Positions 23,485 to 34,997 of a stretch of 64,000 nucleotides of DNA are shown here, one piece after another. The notes beneath the pieces were generated by a model. The model ran no database searches. It saw nothing but the letters and a program-made list of their open reading frames with translations, and was not told where the DNA came from. The DNA lies in the NCBI RefSeq assembly GCF_963921235.1, contig NC_086108.1:11780001-11844000 (forward strand), read 5' to 3'. Source of the DNA: Mobula hypostoma (taxonomy: Eukaryota). Made by a program: the position numbers and the translations under genes. Numbering within the stretch: the stretch's first letter is position 1; every line of letters begins with the position of its first letter.

Positions 23485-24533
23485 TTTTTTGAATTTCAAA
23501 ATATACTTTATTCAAAAATAAAATTATATACAATAAACCACTCAATAACTTTCCATCCTTTACATACGTTTCCATTATAGTCAGTACATATCTATACTTA
23601 TGGCCACCCACGTGGCACTCCAGTTGTTCAACTTACCACATTATTGTTGAGGGGTATACTCCCCGCCACCCGACCCCTCCCACTCCCGTGGGTGAAGGAA
23701 CCTATACCGTGGTCCTTCCCCACCGGGCCTTTGCGGTGGCTGCACCGAGTTTCAGTGCGTCCCTCAGCACGTACTCCTGCAGCCGAGAATGTGCCAGTCG
23801 GCAGCATTCTCCCACGGATATCTCCATGTGCTGGTAGATCATCAAGTTTCGGGCCGACCAAAGGGCGTCTTTCACCGAGTTGATGACCTGCCAGCAGCAC
23901 CGGATGTTGGTCTCCGTGTGCATCCCTGGGAACAGCCCGTAGATCAGAGAGTCCTCTGTTACGCAGCTGCTGGGGATGAAACGTGACACTAGCCCGTCCA
24001 TCCTCCTCCACACCCTCTCTGCAAACTGGCACTGTGCAAAGAGGTGGGTCACAGACTCCTCACTGCAGTCCTCCCATGGGCAGTGGGGTGTGGAGACAAT
24101 GTTCCGGGAGTACAGGAGAGATCTGACTGGGAGGGCCCCTCTCATCGCCAGCCAGGGTCCCTCCACTGCCTGGCAGCATCTCCCCTCTTATACCCCCATC
24201 CCTCCTGATGGCTTCCACAAAGGGTTTTATGCAGCAGACAAACAAGACAGGGGAGAGGGGATAGCCCTGCCTGACTCCAGACCTGATGGGGAAGCTGTCT
24301 GTTTCCCACCCGTTGACCTGGACTGCACTACGGATGTCTGTGTAGAGCAGTCTGATCCACTTCTGGATTCCCTCCCCAAATCCCATTTTGGAGAGCACGT
24401 CCGCCATGTACGTGTGCGATATCCTGTCAAAGGCTTTCTCCTGGTCCAAGCTGACCAGGCAGGCATTCACCCCCCTGTCCTGCACGTAGGCAATGGTGTC
24501 CCTCAGCAGCGCGAGGCTGTCTGAGATCTTCCT
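23485..24533 (-). mobile_element. Tx1-type (L1 clade) LINE, 5'-truncated and internally deleted
   Basis: RT N-part SLDQEKAFDRISH...GVRQG.PLSP.LF joined near 24165 to C-terminal LPVRS.L..R......CP..C.EESVTHLFAQC; AATAAA and A-tail at 23485 on minus; possible TSD ATAAC(T/A)G. Confidence 0.85.
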
Positions 24534-24589
24534 ATAACAGTAGTAGATACGGCCCAGTACATCATGGGTAAAGCCCATCCCACCATGAT

Positions 24590-24846
24590 GGTGTGGTGTT
24601 TAGCACAATACTTAAAAGTAACAGTGAGCCAAGCTCAATTCCTGTCACTGTCTGTAAGGAGTCTGTACATTCTCCCTGGGACCACGTGGGTTTCCCCCAG
24701 CTGCTCTGCTTTCCTCCCACAGTCCAAAGATGTACAAGCGATAGGTTAATTGGTCATTGTAAATTATCCTGTAATTTGGATTGCTGGGCAATGTGGCTTG
24801 AAGGGCCATTAAGGCCTATTAGGCGTTGTATCTCAATAAATAAATA
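24590..24846 (+). mobile_element. V-SINE
   Basis: GTCTGTAAGGAG...TTTCCTCCCACAGTCCAAAGA...(TAAA)n. Confidence 0.8.
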
Positions 24847-24859
24847 CAGAAATCTACAC

Positions 24860-25580
24860 AAAGTGTTCTCGCAGGAAAGCAGCGTTCATCGTCAAGGTCT
24901 CTCGCCGCCCAGGTCATGCTCCCTTCTTGCCGCTGCCATCAGTAAGAAAGTCCAGGTGCCTCAGGACTCACATCTCCAGGTTCAAGAGCAGGTATTGTCC
25001 CTCAGCCATCAGGTTCTATCAACATAAGTGCACCACAACTTGAATATGGCATTGGAGCTGTGAGATTAGCCCCCTGCTCTGCTCGCTTTATACTCGGGAC
25101 TGTAAGGCTAAGCACAGCGCTAATGCCATATTCAAGTTGGCTGACGATACCACTATCACTGGCTGGATCAAAGGTGGTAATGGATCCGCAAATGGGAGGG
25201 AGATTGAAAATCTGGCTGAGTGGTGCCACAACAAACTCTCACTGAATGTCAGCAAGTCTAAAGAGATGATTATTGACTTCAGAGGGAGGAGAAGAGAAGT
25301 CCACGAGCCAATCCTCATCAGAGGATGGGGTGGAGAGAGGCAACAACTTTAAACTCCTCGGTTATTATCTCGGAGGACCTGCCTGAGGCCCAGCATGTGA
25401 ATGCTATTACGAAGAAAGCATGTACCTCCTTAGGAGTATGTGGAGACTCGGCATGATATCGAAAGACATCTACAGATATGTGGTGGAGTGTGTATTGACT
25501 GGTACACCACAATCCGGAAAGGAAACCCCAACACCTTGAATAGAAAAACCTACAAAAGTTAGTGGATATGGTCCACTACG
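24860..25580 (+). mobile_element. Rearranged Rex1/Babar fragments
   Basis: ADDTTITG.I...EIENLAEWCHNKLSLNVSKSKEMIIDFR; a 3' piece lies upstream of the RT piece. Confidence 0.75.
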
Positions 25581-25724
25581 GCAGTTAGCCCAAAATCTGT
25601 CATTGAAAAAATGCTGGAAGCTATTACTAAGGACATGATAGCAGATGATTAGAAATGCATGACACAATTTGTCAATGTCAATATGAAATAGAAACGGCAT
25701 TTGATAATATGTTAATGTTATTAA

Positions 25725-28128
25725 CCTGATTAGTTCCAAGGGTTTAGATGGGGCAGAGTTTGTTAAGTGTGTCCAGGATGGATTCCTGTCACAGTATGTG
25801 GACAGGCCGACTAGGGGGAATGCCATACTAGATCTAGTACTAGGTAATGAACCGGGTCAGGTCACAGATCTCTTAGTGGGTGAGCATCTGGGGGACAGTG
25901 ACCACCACTCCCTGGCCTTTATAATTATCATGAAAAAGGATAGAATCAAAGAGGACAGGAAAATTTTTAATTTGGGAAAGGCAAATTATGAGGCTATAAG
26001 GCTAGAACTTGCGGGTGTGAATTGGGATGATATTTTTGCAGGGAAATGTACTATGGACATGTGGTCGATGTTTAGAGATCTCTTGCGGGATGTAAGGGAT
26101 AAATTTGTCCCAGTGAGGAAGATAAAGAATAGTAGGGTGAAGGAACCATGGGTGACAAGTGAGGTGGAAAATCTTGTCAGGAGGAAGAAGGCAGCATACA
26201 TGAGGTTTAGGAAGCAAGGATCAGCTGGGTCTATTGAGGAATATAGGGAAGCAAGAAAGGAGCTTAAGAAGGGGCTGAGAAGAGCAATAAGGGGGCATGA
26301 GAAGGCTTTGGCGAGTCGAGTAAAGGAAAACCCCAAGGCATTCTTCAATTATGTGAAGAACAAAAGGATGACAGGAGTGAAGGTAGGACCAGTTAGAGAT
26401 AAAGGTGGGAAGATGTGCCTGGAGGCTGTGGAAGTGAGCGAGGTCTTCAATGAATACTTCTCTTCAGTATTCACCAATGAGAGGGAACTTGATGATGGTG
26501 AGGACAATATCAGTGAGGTTGATGCTCTGGAGCATGTTGATATTAAGGGAGAGGAGGTGTTGGAGTTGTTAAAATACATTAGGACAGATAAGTCCCCAGG
26601 GCCTGACGGAATATTCCCCAGGCTGCTCCACGAGGCGAGAGAAGAGATTGCTGAGCCTCTGGCTAGGATCTTTATGTCCTCGTTGTCCACAGGAATGGTA
26701 CCGGAGGATTGGAGGGAGGTGAATGTTGTTCCCTTGTTCAAAAAAAGGTAGTAGGGATAGTCCGGGTAATTATAGACCAGTGAGCCTTATGTCTGTGGTG
26801 GGAAAGCTGTTGGAAAAGATTCTTAGAGATAGGATCTATAGGCATTTAGAGAATCATGGCCTGATCAGGGACAGTCAGCATGGCTTTGTGAAGGGCAGAT
26901 CATGTCTAACAAGCCTGATAGAGTTCTTTGAGGAGGTGACCAGGCATATGGATGAGGGTAGTGCAGTGGATGTGATCTATATGGATTTTAGTAAGGCATT
27001 TGACAAGGTTCCACATGGTAGGTTTATTCAGAAAGTTAGAAGGCATGGGATCCAGGGAAGTTTGGCTAGGTGGATTCAGAATTGGCTTGCCTGCAGAAGG
27101 CAGAGGGAGTACATTCAGATTGGAGGATTGTGACTAGTGGTATCCCACAAGGATCTGTTCTGGGACCTCTACTTTTCGTGATTTTTATTAACGACCTGGA
27201 TGTGGGGGTAGAAGGGTGGGTTGGCAAGTTTGCAGACGACACAAAGGTTGGTGGTGTTGTAGATAGTGTAGAGGATTGTCAAAGATTGCAGAGGGACATT
27301 GATAGGATGCAGAAGTGGGCTGAGACGTGGCAGATGGAGTTCAAGCCGGTGAAGTGTGAGATGGTGCACTTTGGAAGGACAAACTCCAAGGCAGAGTACA
27401 AAGTAAATGGCAGGATACTTGGTAGTGTGGAGGAGCAGAGGGATCTTGGGGTACATGTCCACAGATCCCTGAAAGTTGTCTCACAGGTGGATAGGGTAGT
27501 TAAGAAAGCTTATGGGATGTTAGCTTTCATAAGTCAAGGGATAGAGTTTAAGAGTCGCGATGTAATGATGCAGCTCTATAAAACTCTGGTTAGGCCACAC
27601 TTGGAGTACTGTGTCCAGTTCTGGTCGCCTCACTATAGGAAGGATGTGGAAGCATTGGAAAAGGTACAGAGGAGATTTACCAGGATGCTGCCTGGTTTAG
27701 AGAGTATGGATTATGATCAGCGATTAAGGGAGCTAGGGCTTTACTCTTTGGAGAGAAGGAGGATGAGAGGAGACATGATAGAGGTGTACAAGATAATAAG
27801 AGGAATAGATAGAGTGGATAGCCAGCGCCTCTTCCCCAGGACACCACAGCTCAATACAAGAGGACATGACTTTAAGGTAAGGGGTGGGAAGTTCAAGGGG
27901 GATATTAGAGGAAGGTTTTTTTACTCAGAGAGTGGTGGGTGCATGGAATGCACTGCCTGAGTCAGTGGTGGAGGCAGCTACACTAGTGAAGTTTAAGAGA
28001 CTACTAGATAGGTATATGGAGGAATCTAAGGTGGGGGCTTATATGGGAGGCAGGGTTTGAGGATGGGCACAACATTGTGGGCTGAAGGGCCTGTAATGTG
28101 CTGTACTATTCTATGTTCTATGTTCTAT
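25725..28128 (+). mobile_element. Fairly young 5'-truncated CR1, ORF2 broken by frameshifts
   Basis: ORFs 25798-26751, 26723-27133 and 27070-27960 are consecutive ORF2 parts; (TTCTATG)n tail. Confidence 0.95.
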
Positions 28129-28569
28129 AGGAGGATGTGACGATTTGGATACCGTGTTTTGAATTTCGAAAAAAACATTTGATAAGGTGTTACATCAACA
28201 ATGATCCTACAATAGGAACATGATGAAACGGAAGTGATATCTGGTATGGGTACAGGATGAGTTAACTGCACGGACAGTAAAACAACAGAAGGTCAGAGTG
28301 TGTGTCACCTGCCCAGGATGGGTGTACTGGAGGTCAGGGTATATGTCAAATGCCAGATCAGGTGTACAGGAGATCAGGGTGTGTGTCACCTGCCAAGGTT
28401 GTGTGTACAGGAGGTCAGGGTGTGTGTCACCTGCCCAAATCAAGTATACAGGAAGATAGGGTGGATGTCACCTGCCCAGGTTGGATGGATAGGAGGACAG
28501 GATGTGTGTCACCTACATCAAAGTTGCTGGTGAACGCAGCAGGCCAAGCAGCATCTATAGGAAGAGGCG

Positions 28570-28607
28570 CAGTCGACGTTTCAGGCCGAGACCCTTCATC
28601 AGGACTA
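28570..28607 (-). ncRNA. Minimal type-I hammerhead ribozyme motif in the Penelope pseudo-LTR
   Basis: Minus-strand RNA UAGUC-CUGAUGA-AGG(GUCUCGG)CCU-GAAAC-GUC-GACUG has the complete core, stems I and II, and a palindromic ACGU in place of stem III. Confidence 0.8.
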
Positions 28608-30486
28608 ACTGAAGGAAGAGTGAGTAAGGGATTTGAAAGCTGGAAGGGGAGAGGGAGATGCAAAATGATAGGAGAAGACAGGAGGGGGAGGGATAGAGCC
28701 GAGAGCTGGACAGGTGATAGGCAAAAGGGGATACGAGAGGATCATGGGACAGGAGGCCTAGGGAGAAAGACGGGGGGGGGGGGTGACCCAGAGGATGGGC
28801 AAGAGGTATATTCAGAGGGACAGAGGGAGAAAAAGGAGAGTGAGAGAAAGAATGTGTGCATAAAAATGAGTAACAGCTGGGGTACGAGGGGGAGGTGGGG
28901 CCTAGCGGAAGTTAGAGAAGTCAATGTTCATGCCATCAGGTTGGAGGCTACCCAGACGGAATATAAGGTGTTGTTCCTCCAACCTGAGTGTGGCTTCATC
29001 TTTACAGTAGAGGAGGCCGTGGATAGACATGTCAGAATGGGAATGGGATGTGGAATTAAAATGTGTGGCCACTGGGAGATCCTGCTTTCTCTGGTGGACA
29101 GAGCGTAGATGTTCAGCAAAGCGGTCTCCCAGTCTGCGTCGGGTCTCACCAATATATAAAAGGCCACATCGGGAGCACCGGACGCAGTATATCACCCCAG
29201 TCGACTCACAGGTGAAGTGATGCCTCACCTGGAAGGACTGTTTGGGGCCCTGAATGGTGGTAAGGGAGGAAGTGTAAGGGCATGTGTAGCACTTGTTCCG
29301 CTTACACGGATAAGTGCCAGGAGGGAGATCAGTGGGGAGGGATGGGGGGGACGAATGGACAAGGGAGTTGTGTAGGGAGCGATCCCTGCGGAATGCAGAG
29401 GGGGGGGGAGGGAAAGATGTGCTTAGTGGTGGGATCCCGTTGGAGGTGGCGGAAGTTACGGAGAATAATATGTTGGACCCGGAGGCTGGTGGGGTGGTAG
29501 GTGAGGACCAGGGGAACCCTATTCCTAGTGGGGTGGTGGGAGGATGGAGTGAGAGCAGATGTACGTGAAATGGAGGAGATGCGTTTAAGAGCAGAGTTGA
29601 TAGTGGAGGAAGGGAAGCCCCTTTCTTTAAAAAATGAAGTCATCTACCTCGTCCTAGAATGAAAAGCCTCATCCTGAGAGCAGATGCGGCGGAGACGGAG
29701 GAATTGCGAGAAGGGGATGGCGTTTTTACAAGAGACAGGGTGAGAAGAGGAAAAGTCCAGATAGCTGTGAGAGTCAGTAGGCTTATAGTAGATATCAGTG
29801 GATAAGCTGTCTCCAGAGACAGAGACAGAAAGATCTAGAAAGGGGAGGGAGGTGTCGGAAATAGACCAGGTAAACTTGAGGGCAGGGTGAAAGTTGGAGG
29901 CAAAGTTAATAAAGTCAACGAGTTCTGCATGCGTGCAGGAAGCAGCGCCAATGCAGTCGTCGATATAGCGAAGGAAAAGTGGGGGACAGATACCAGAATA
30001 AGCACGGAACATAGATTGTTCCACAAACCCAACAAAAAGGCAGGCATAGCTAGGACCCATACGGGTGCCCATAGCTACACCTTTAGTTTGGAGGAAATGG
30101 GAGGAGCAAAAGGAGAAATTATTAAGAGTAAGGACTAATTCCGCTAGACGGAGCAGAGTGGTGGTAGAGGGGAACTGATTAGGTCTGGAATCCAAAAAGA
30201 AGCGTAGAGCTTTGAGACCTTCCTGATGGGGGATATGCACACATTCTTTCTCTCACTCTCCTTTTTCTCCCTCTGTCCCTCTGAATATACCTCTTGCCCA
30301 TCCTCTGGGTCACCCCCCCCCCGTCTTTCTCCCTAGGCCTCCTGTCCCATGATCCTCTCGTATCCCCTTTTGCCTATCACCTGTCCAGCTCTCGGCTCTA
30401 TCCCTCCCCCTCCTGTCTTCTCCTATCATTTTGCATCTCCCCCTCCCCCTCCAGCTTTCAAATCCCTTACTCACTCTTCCTTCAGT

Positions 30487-30524
30487 TATTCCTGACGAAG
30501 GGTCTCGGCCTGAAACGTCGACTG
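30487..30524 (+). ncRNA. Second hammerhead motif in the inverted pseudo-LTR
   Basis: UAUUC-CUGACGA-AGG(GUCUCGG)CCU-GAAAC-GUC-GACUG, with one mismatch in stem I. Confidence 0.72.
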
Positions 30525-31671
30525 CGCCTCTTCCTATAGATGCTGCTTGGCCTGCTGCGTTCACCAGCAACTTTGATGTATGTTGCTTGAATTTCCAGCA
30601 TCTGCAGAATTCCTGTTGTATGTGTGTCACCTGCCCAGATCAGGTATACAGGAGGACAGGGTGGATCTCACCTGCCCAGGTTGGATGTACAGGAGGACAG
30701 GATGTGTGTCACCTGCCCAGATCGGGTGTATAGGAGGTCAGGGAGTGTGTGTCACCTACCCCGATCAGGTATATTGAGGTCAGGGTGTGTGTCACCTGCC
30801 CAGATAAGGTGTATGGAAGGTCAGGGTGTGCTTCACCTGCCCAAATCAGGTGTACAGGAGGACAGGTTGGATGTTACCTGCCCAGGTCGGAGACACAGGA
30901 GGTCAGGGTGTGTGCTACCTGCCCAGATTGTGTGTACAGGAGGTCAGGTCTGTGTCACCTGCCCAGATTAGGTATACAGAAGGTCAGGCTCAGTGTCACC
31001 CGCCCAGGTTGTGTGTACAGGAGGTCAGTTCAATGTTAACCTACACAGAGGGGGAGTTGGCTGAAATGTTTCCCGAGAATTGAGGATACAGACATCTGGA
31101 AGCTGCTTTGTTGCAAATAATACACAAAATTTGAATTCAGATATTGTAAATAAACAGTTAAACTAACATTTGTATTGACTGTTTTGGGCGATAAATCTGC
31201 TTTCCTTCAGCGCACCTGATGTTTGATAAATCCAGTGGAACAGCTACCAGCAAGCAGAGTGGCAGAGAACTGACTGCTAGGAAGCAGTGTGGGCTTCTGG
31301 TTTAGCTGATGTCCCCTGAGGGGTTTCCCCCACTGAGAGCACAGACTGGTCCCACCTCACCACACGTCTACACTTGCCCCATCCTGAAAACTGCCCATCT
31401 TCCTCACAGACAATCACCATGCTTTCCACATAGAATAGCTTGCTCACAGTCCCCAAGGGCTCTCTCCGAGCTGCTGATAAATGTGCTGTGCTGAGCTAAA
31501 ATTAGTTTATTATTCATTCGTTCTATACAGCGGCAACACGCGTCTCCACAAATTGCATTTGCTTCTCTCTGCTCATTACAGCACCAGGCAAGTGGACAGG
31601 GATAGGACTGTCATCACAGCTTAACTACATCCTTCGGAGCTCAGATGAACAATGGACATCAGCATGGGGCA

Positions 31672-31875
31672 AGCACCCTGACCTTCTGTACGCCATCCCA
31701 GGTCAGGTGACACTCCCGAACTCCTGTACGCCAACCCAGGGCAGGTGACACACACCCTGACCTCCTGTACGGCAACCAAGGCCAGGTGACACATACTCTG
31801 ACCTCTTATACACCAGAATGGGGCAGGTGAGGTACACCTTGACCTACTGTAGAGACACCCCCTGACCTTCTGTAA
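31672..31875 (-). repeat. Same 41-bp minisatellite in the opposite orientation, about 4-5 units
   Basis: CCCTGACCTCCTGTAC...CAGGTGACACACA is the reverse complement of the unit. Confidence 0.88.
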
Positions 31876-32669
31876 CTTTACCTAGTGGCATTTGAGTTTC
31901 TGCCGGTACCGAGAGGAAGGAAGTCCCAGACTCTGCCCCATGGCCACTCCAGACCAGTAAGGTTGCAAGGCCACAGAACGGGGTCACTACAATTGCCCCC
32001 TCAGCACAGCACACCAAACTCCAGCCCCAGTTGTCTGGGAAGGAAGGTATGAGAGGGGGCATGAGGTTGAAATGTATTGCTCTCCCACAAGCTCCTGCCC
32101 ATGGTGAGCTCTGCTGTCGATGTGATTCCTGGCTTCACACAAACTGCAGATCGGCACCGGGCTTTAATCATTGGGAAGGTACCAGGGGATTCATCACACC
32201 CACCCACACCTCTCAAACCCTTTGTTTTATGCGTCAGCTGAGCCTGTGGAAAATCTAATTCAACCCACAATAAGAGCTACGGTTAGAGCTGCTAACGCAA
32301 TTGCACTCAGACCAAAACTTAACAGTCTGTGTTGCATTTCCATGGCATTAAAAATATCATCAGATTGTTGGATATTGAAGTCTTCAAACCTTTAGAAGCC
32401 CCACTGGACACCAATACCTGCACTGGTGGTTTTGGAGCCAGAGATGGGTGTTCTTGGCTGGAGCAGTAGGGTTTCAGGAGGATCTTTGAGGGACAGCTTT
32501 GCTGAGGGGCAAGGTGTGGTGGAACAATGGGTGGCCTGGTTTGGAGAAGTTCTGTGATATTCACCTGCAGTTGAGGTCACAGATGTGAAAAGAGGTGTCA
32601 TCTGCCTGTCTCAGTCCCTGACAGCAGATCAAGTATTGCGCAATCTCTCATTGGGATGTCTATATACTG

Positions 32670-33060
32670 ATTTAAAGAAGCTTTCCTGTACATATTTGAT
32701 AAACTCTATCCCACCAGGTCCTTTTACAGTATGGGATTCCCAGTCAATATGGAGAAAAATAAAATCAGCTACTTTCCTAGAGCAGCCTGCGCTCTCTCTA
32801 CCAAATTTGCTCCTCTAAATTCCACTGACCAGTGGGTGGTTTATAAAACAGCCCCATTAATGTGGTCATACCTTTCTTAGTTCCACCAGTATTGCCTCAG
32901 TAGACGAGCTCTCCAGCCTGTTCTGTCTGAGCACTGGCATAGTAATCTCAGCACTCCCCCTTTAAATACCTCCCGCTCTACCATGACCAAAGCAACAAAA
33001 CTGTAGAGCACTGGCCTGCCTGTCCAGTCCTGCCCTTCCTGCAACTAAGTCTCACTGATG
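32670..33060 (-). mobile_element. Old CR1 endonuclease-region fragment
   Basis: Similar to 40740-41160 (CTTTTACAG.ATGG...CCCAGTC; CAAATTTGCTCCTC.AATTC). Confidence 0.6.
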
Positions 33061-33164
33061 GCTACACTGCCCAGGACACTGAAGTTAACTCACTGCTATT
33101 ACTGGTGAACATGGAAGATTTTGCCGAGGCAGCACTGAGGTGGGGTCCTACCACAGAGTTACCT

Positions 33165-33460
33165 ACTGCATGGTAGAGGTTAGCGCAATCACATTACAGA
33201 GATTGGGGCTTGATTCCCGCTGCTCTCTGTAAGGGGTTTATACGTTCTCCCTGTGACTGCGTGGGTTTCCTCCAGGTTCTCTGCTTTCCTCCCATATTCC
33301 AAAGACATGCGGTTTAGGGTTAGTAAGCTGTGGGCATGCTATGCAAGTGCTGGGAGCGTGCTGACACTTGTGGGCTGCTCCCACCTGGCACATTGTCAGC
33401 CTGTGCTGTTTGTTGATGCAAAACAAAACACTTCACTATATGTTTCAATGTACACATGAC
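33165..33460 (+). mobile_element. V-SINE
   Basis: GCGTGGGTTTCCTCCAGGTTCTCTGCTTTCCTCCCATATTCCAAAGAC. Confidence 0.8.
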
Positions 33461-33497
33461 AGTGCAAAGTATGAAGTACATTTATTATCAAATTATG

Positions 33498-34076
33498 AAT
33501 AGCCGGGGAGGTAGTGGAGATAAGCTCCCACTATCTATTAAATGCTCCCAATGGCACATGTCTCAAATAGACTCTGCCAACCAAGTCCAGTTCCTGGCCT
33601 TCACATGTGGCTTAGCTACTAAGCCAGGTGGAACTGTTTCTACTGACAACAGAAGGGGCAAAGACTGGTTACTGGCACCTTAAAACCAGTTGCTTCGGGC
33701 TAATGGGGCTAGTCAGCTACGGTTGGCAGCTCATCAAGGGGAAAGAAAACTCTGATCTCAAACCTCCGCTGTCTTGCATCTATACACACCCACGGAGAAG
33801 GCTTCGGGAGTAAACTCCAAGGGAAAAATCCAGACCTGGAGTCCCTAAGGCAGTCCAACTTTGAGTTCTCAATGCTGACTGGCAACTACTGTGCTGCCAC
33901 TGGTGCCAAACTGTACTGGTCTCTGCCGTTCCTTTAAATCTATCGGCTGCATGGACAGAGGGAAGCTGCTGCATGAGCAACAGCTTGTTCTCTGTATCAT
34001 ACTGCCCTGACTTGCATATCACGTAGGCAGCTAGGACACAACATCCATCATCGACACTGACTAACGCAGTACCTCA
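33498..34076 (+). mobile_element. Non-autonomous RTE-derived retroposon, copy 2
   Basis: Colinear with 5690-6266 (AAGCTCCCACTA.CTATTAAATGCTCCCAATGG; CTGGAGTCCCTAAGGCAGTCC). Confidence 0.6.
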
Positions 34077-34179
34077 GAGACGGATAATACATACAGCCTT
34101 AAGGGTCATCTCCTTACAGGCAGCCACCAAACAAAAAAAAAAACAAAAGACCTCATTAAAAGAACATAAAGCTCATCTA

Positions 34180-34500
34180 AAGCAACACACACAGAATACT
34201 GGAGGAACTCAGCAGGCCAGACAGCATCCATGGAAAAGAATAAACAGTCGACATTTTGGGCCAAGACTGGAATGGACTGGAGTGGAAGGGGAAAAGTCAG
34301 AGTAGAAAGGTGAGGGAAGGGGAAGAAGAAGTATGGTAGCAAGTGATAAGTGAAAATAGGAGAGGTGGAGGGGTGAAATAAAGAGCTGGGAGGTTGATTG
34401 GTGAAAGAGATAAAGGGCTGGAGGAGGGAGAATCTGATAGAGAGGTCAGGAGACCATGGACTAAGCAAATATGGAGAGATCCAGAGCAAGGTAAGATGCA
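34180..34500 (-). mobile_element. Old Penelope pseudo-LTR fragment
   Basis: CTGGAGGAACTCAGCAGGCCAGACAGCATC...CAGTCGACATTT followed by a purine-rich tract like 28620-28760. Confidence 0.7.
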
Positions 34501-34997
34501 TGAGGACACTTGAGGACCACCTAGACTGGAACAAAGAGCGATTGTGATGAAGTTGTGGGTAGGTGGTTCTAATCACTGAGAAATTTGTGATCTGCATCTC
34601 CCAGTCTGCCAACAATTGGAGGCAGATGCCTCTTCATTGTTCATTTCATCCAGACAGATCAGCTGGTGCTTTGTTTTGACAAACAGAATTAAAATTAAAA
34701 TTTAAAACACTTCTATGTAAATTTCAAATCTCAACAGAGATAACAGATTTAGTAGGTTAATTAAGCGAAACATTTGTATGTCTTAAATAAAAAGTGTTAG
34801 ACTATAACCTCTTCCCATGTTAATTAAATGCCAAGGGTAGAGATCACATATTTAGTCAATAAAAACTCAATGTTGAGTGTCAAGAACATCAGTGTGAAGG
34901 TCAAGGTACAAAGATGCTACACCCAACTTGCAAATTGCCAGCATTCCTCTGATGCTCCTGTCTCTCATTTGAAATCCATTCCCTCTCTAAACAAATG

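Larger units (their letters stand above)
28515..30619 (-). mobile_element. Penelope-like retroelement (RT plus GIY-YIG), 5'-truncated, with inverted pseudo-LTRs
   Basis: ORF 29644-30240 has GVAMGTRMGPSYA and FLRYIDD; ORF 28902-29228 has VIYCVRCSRCGLLYIGETRRRLGDRFAEH; 28514-28862 is the reverse complement of 30234-30580; apparent TSD ATGTGTGTCACCT. Confidence 0.95.
28297..31028 (+). repeat. 41-bp minisatellite, about 5 units (28297-28514) plus about 10 units (30620-31028), split by Penelope
   Basis: Consensus approximately GTGTGTGTCACCTGCCCAGATCAGGTGTACAGGAGGTCAGG. Confidence 0.92.

Noticed and set aside
28297..31028. CRISPR-like appearance of the 41-bp periodic array
   Set aside because: Units are similar along their whole length with no unique spacers, there are no cas genes, and the context is eukaryotic.
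30580..31083. Cys-rich repeat ORFs
   Set aside because: They are translations of the 41-bp minisatellite, whose unit is not a multiple of three.
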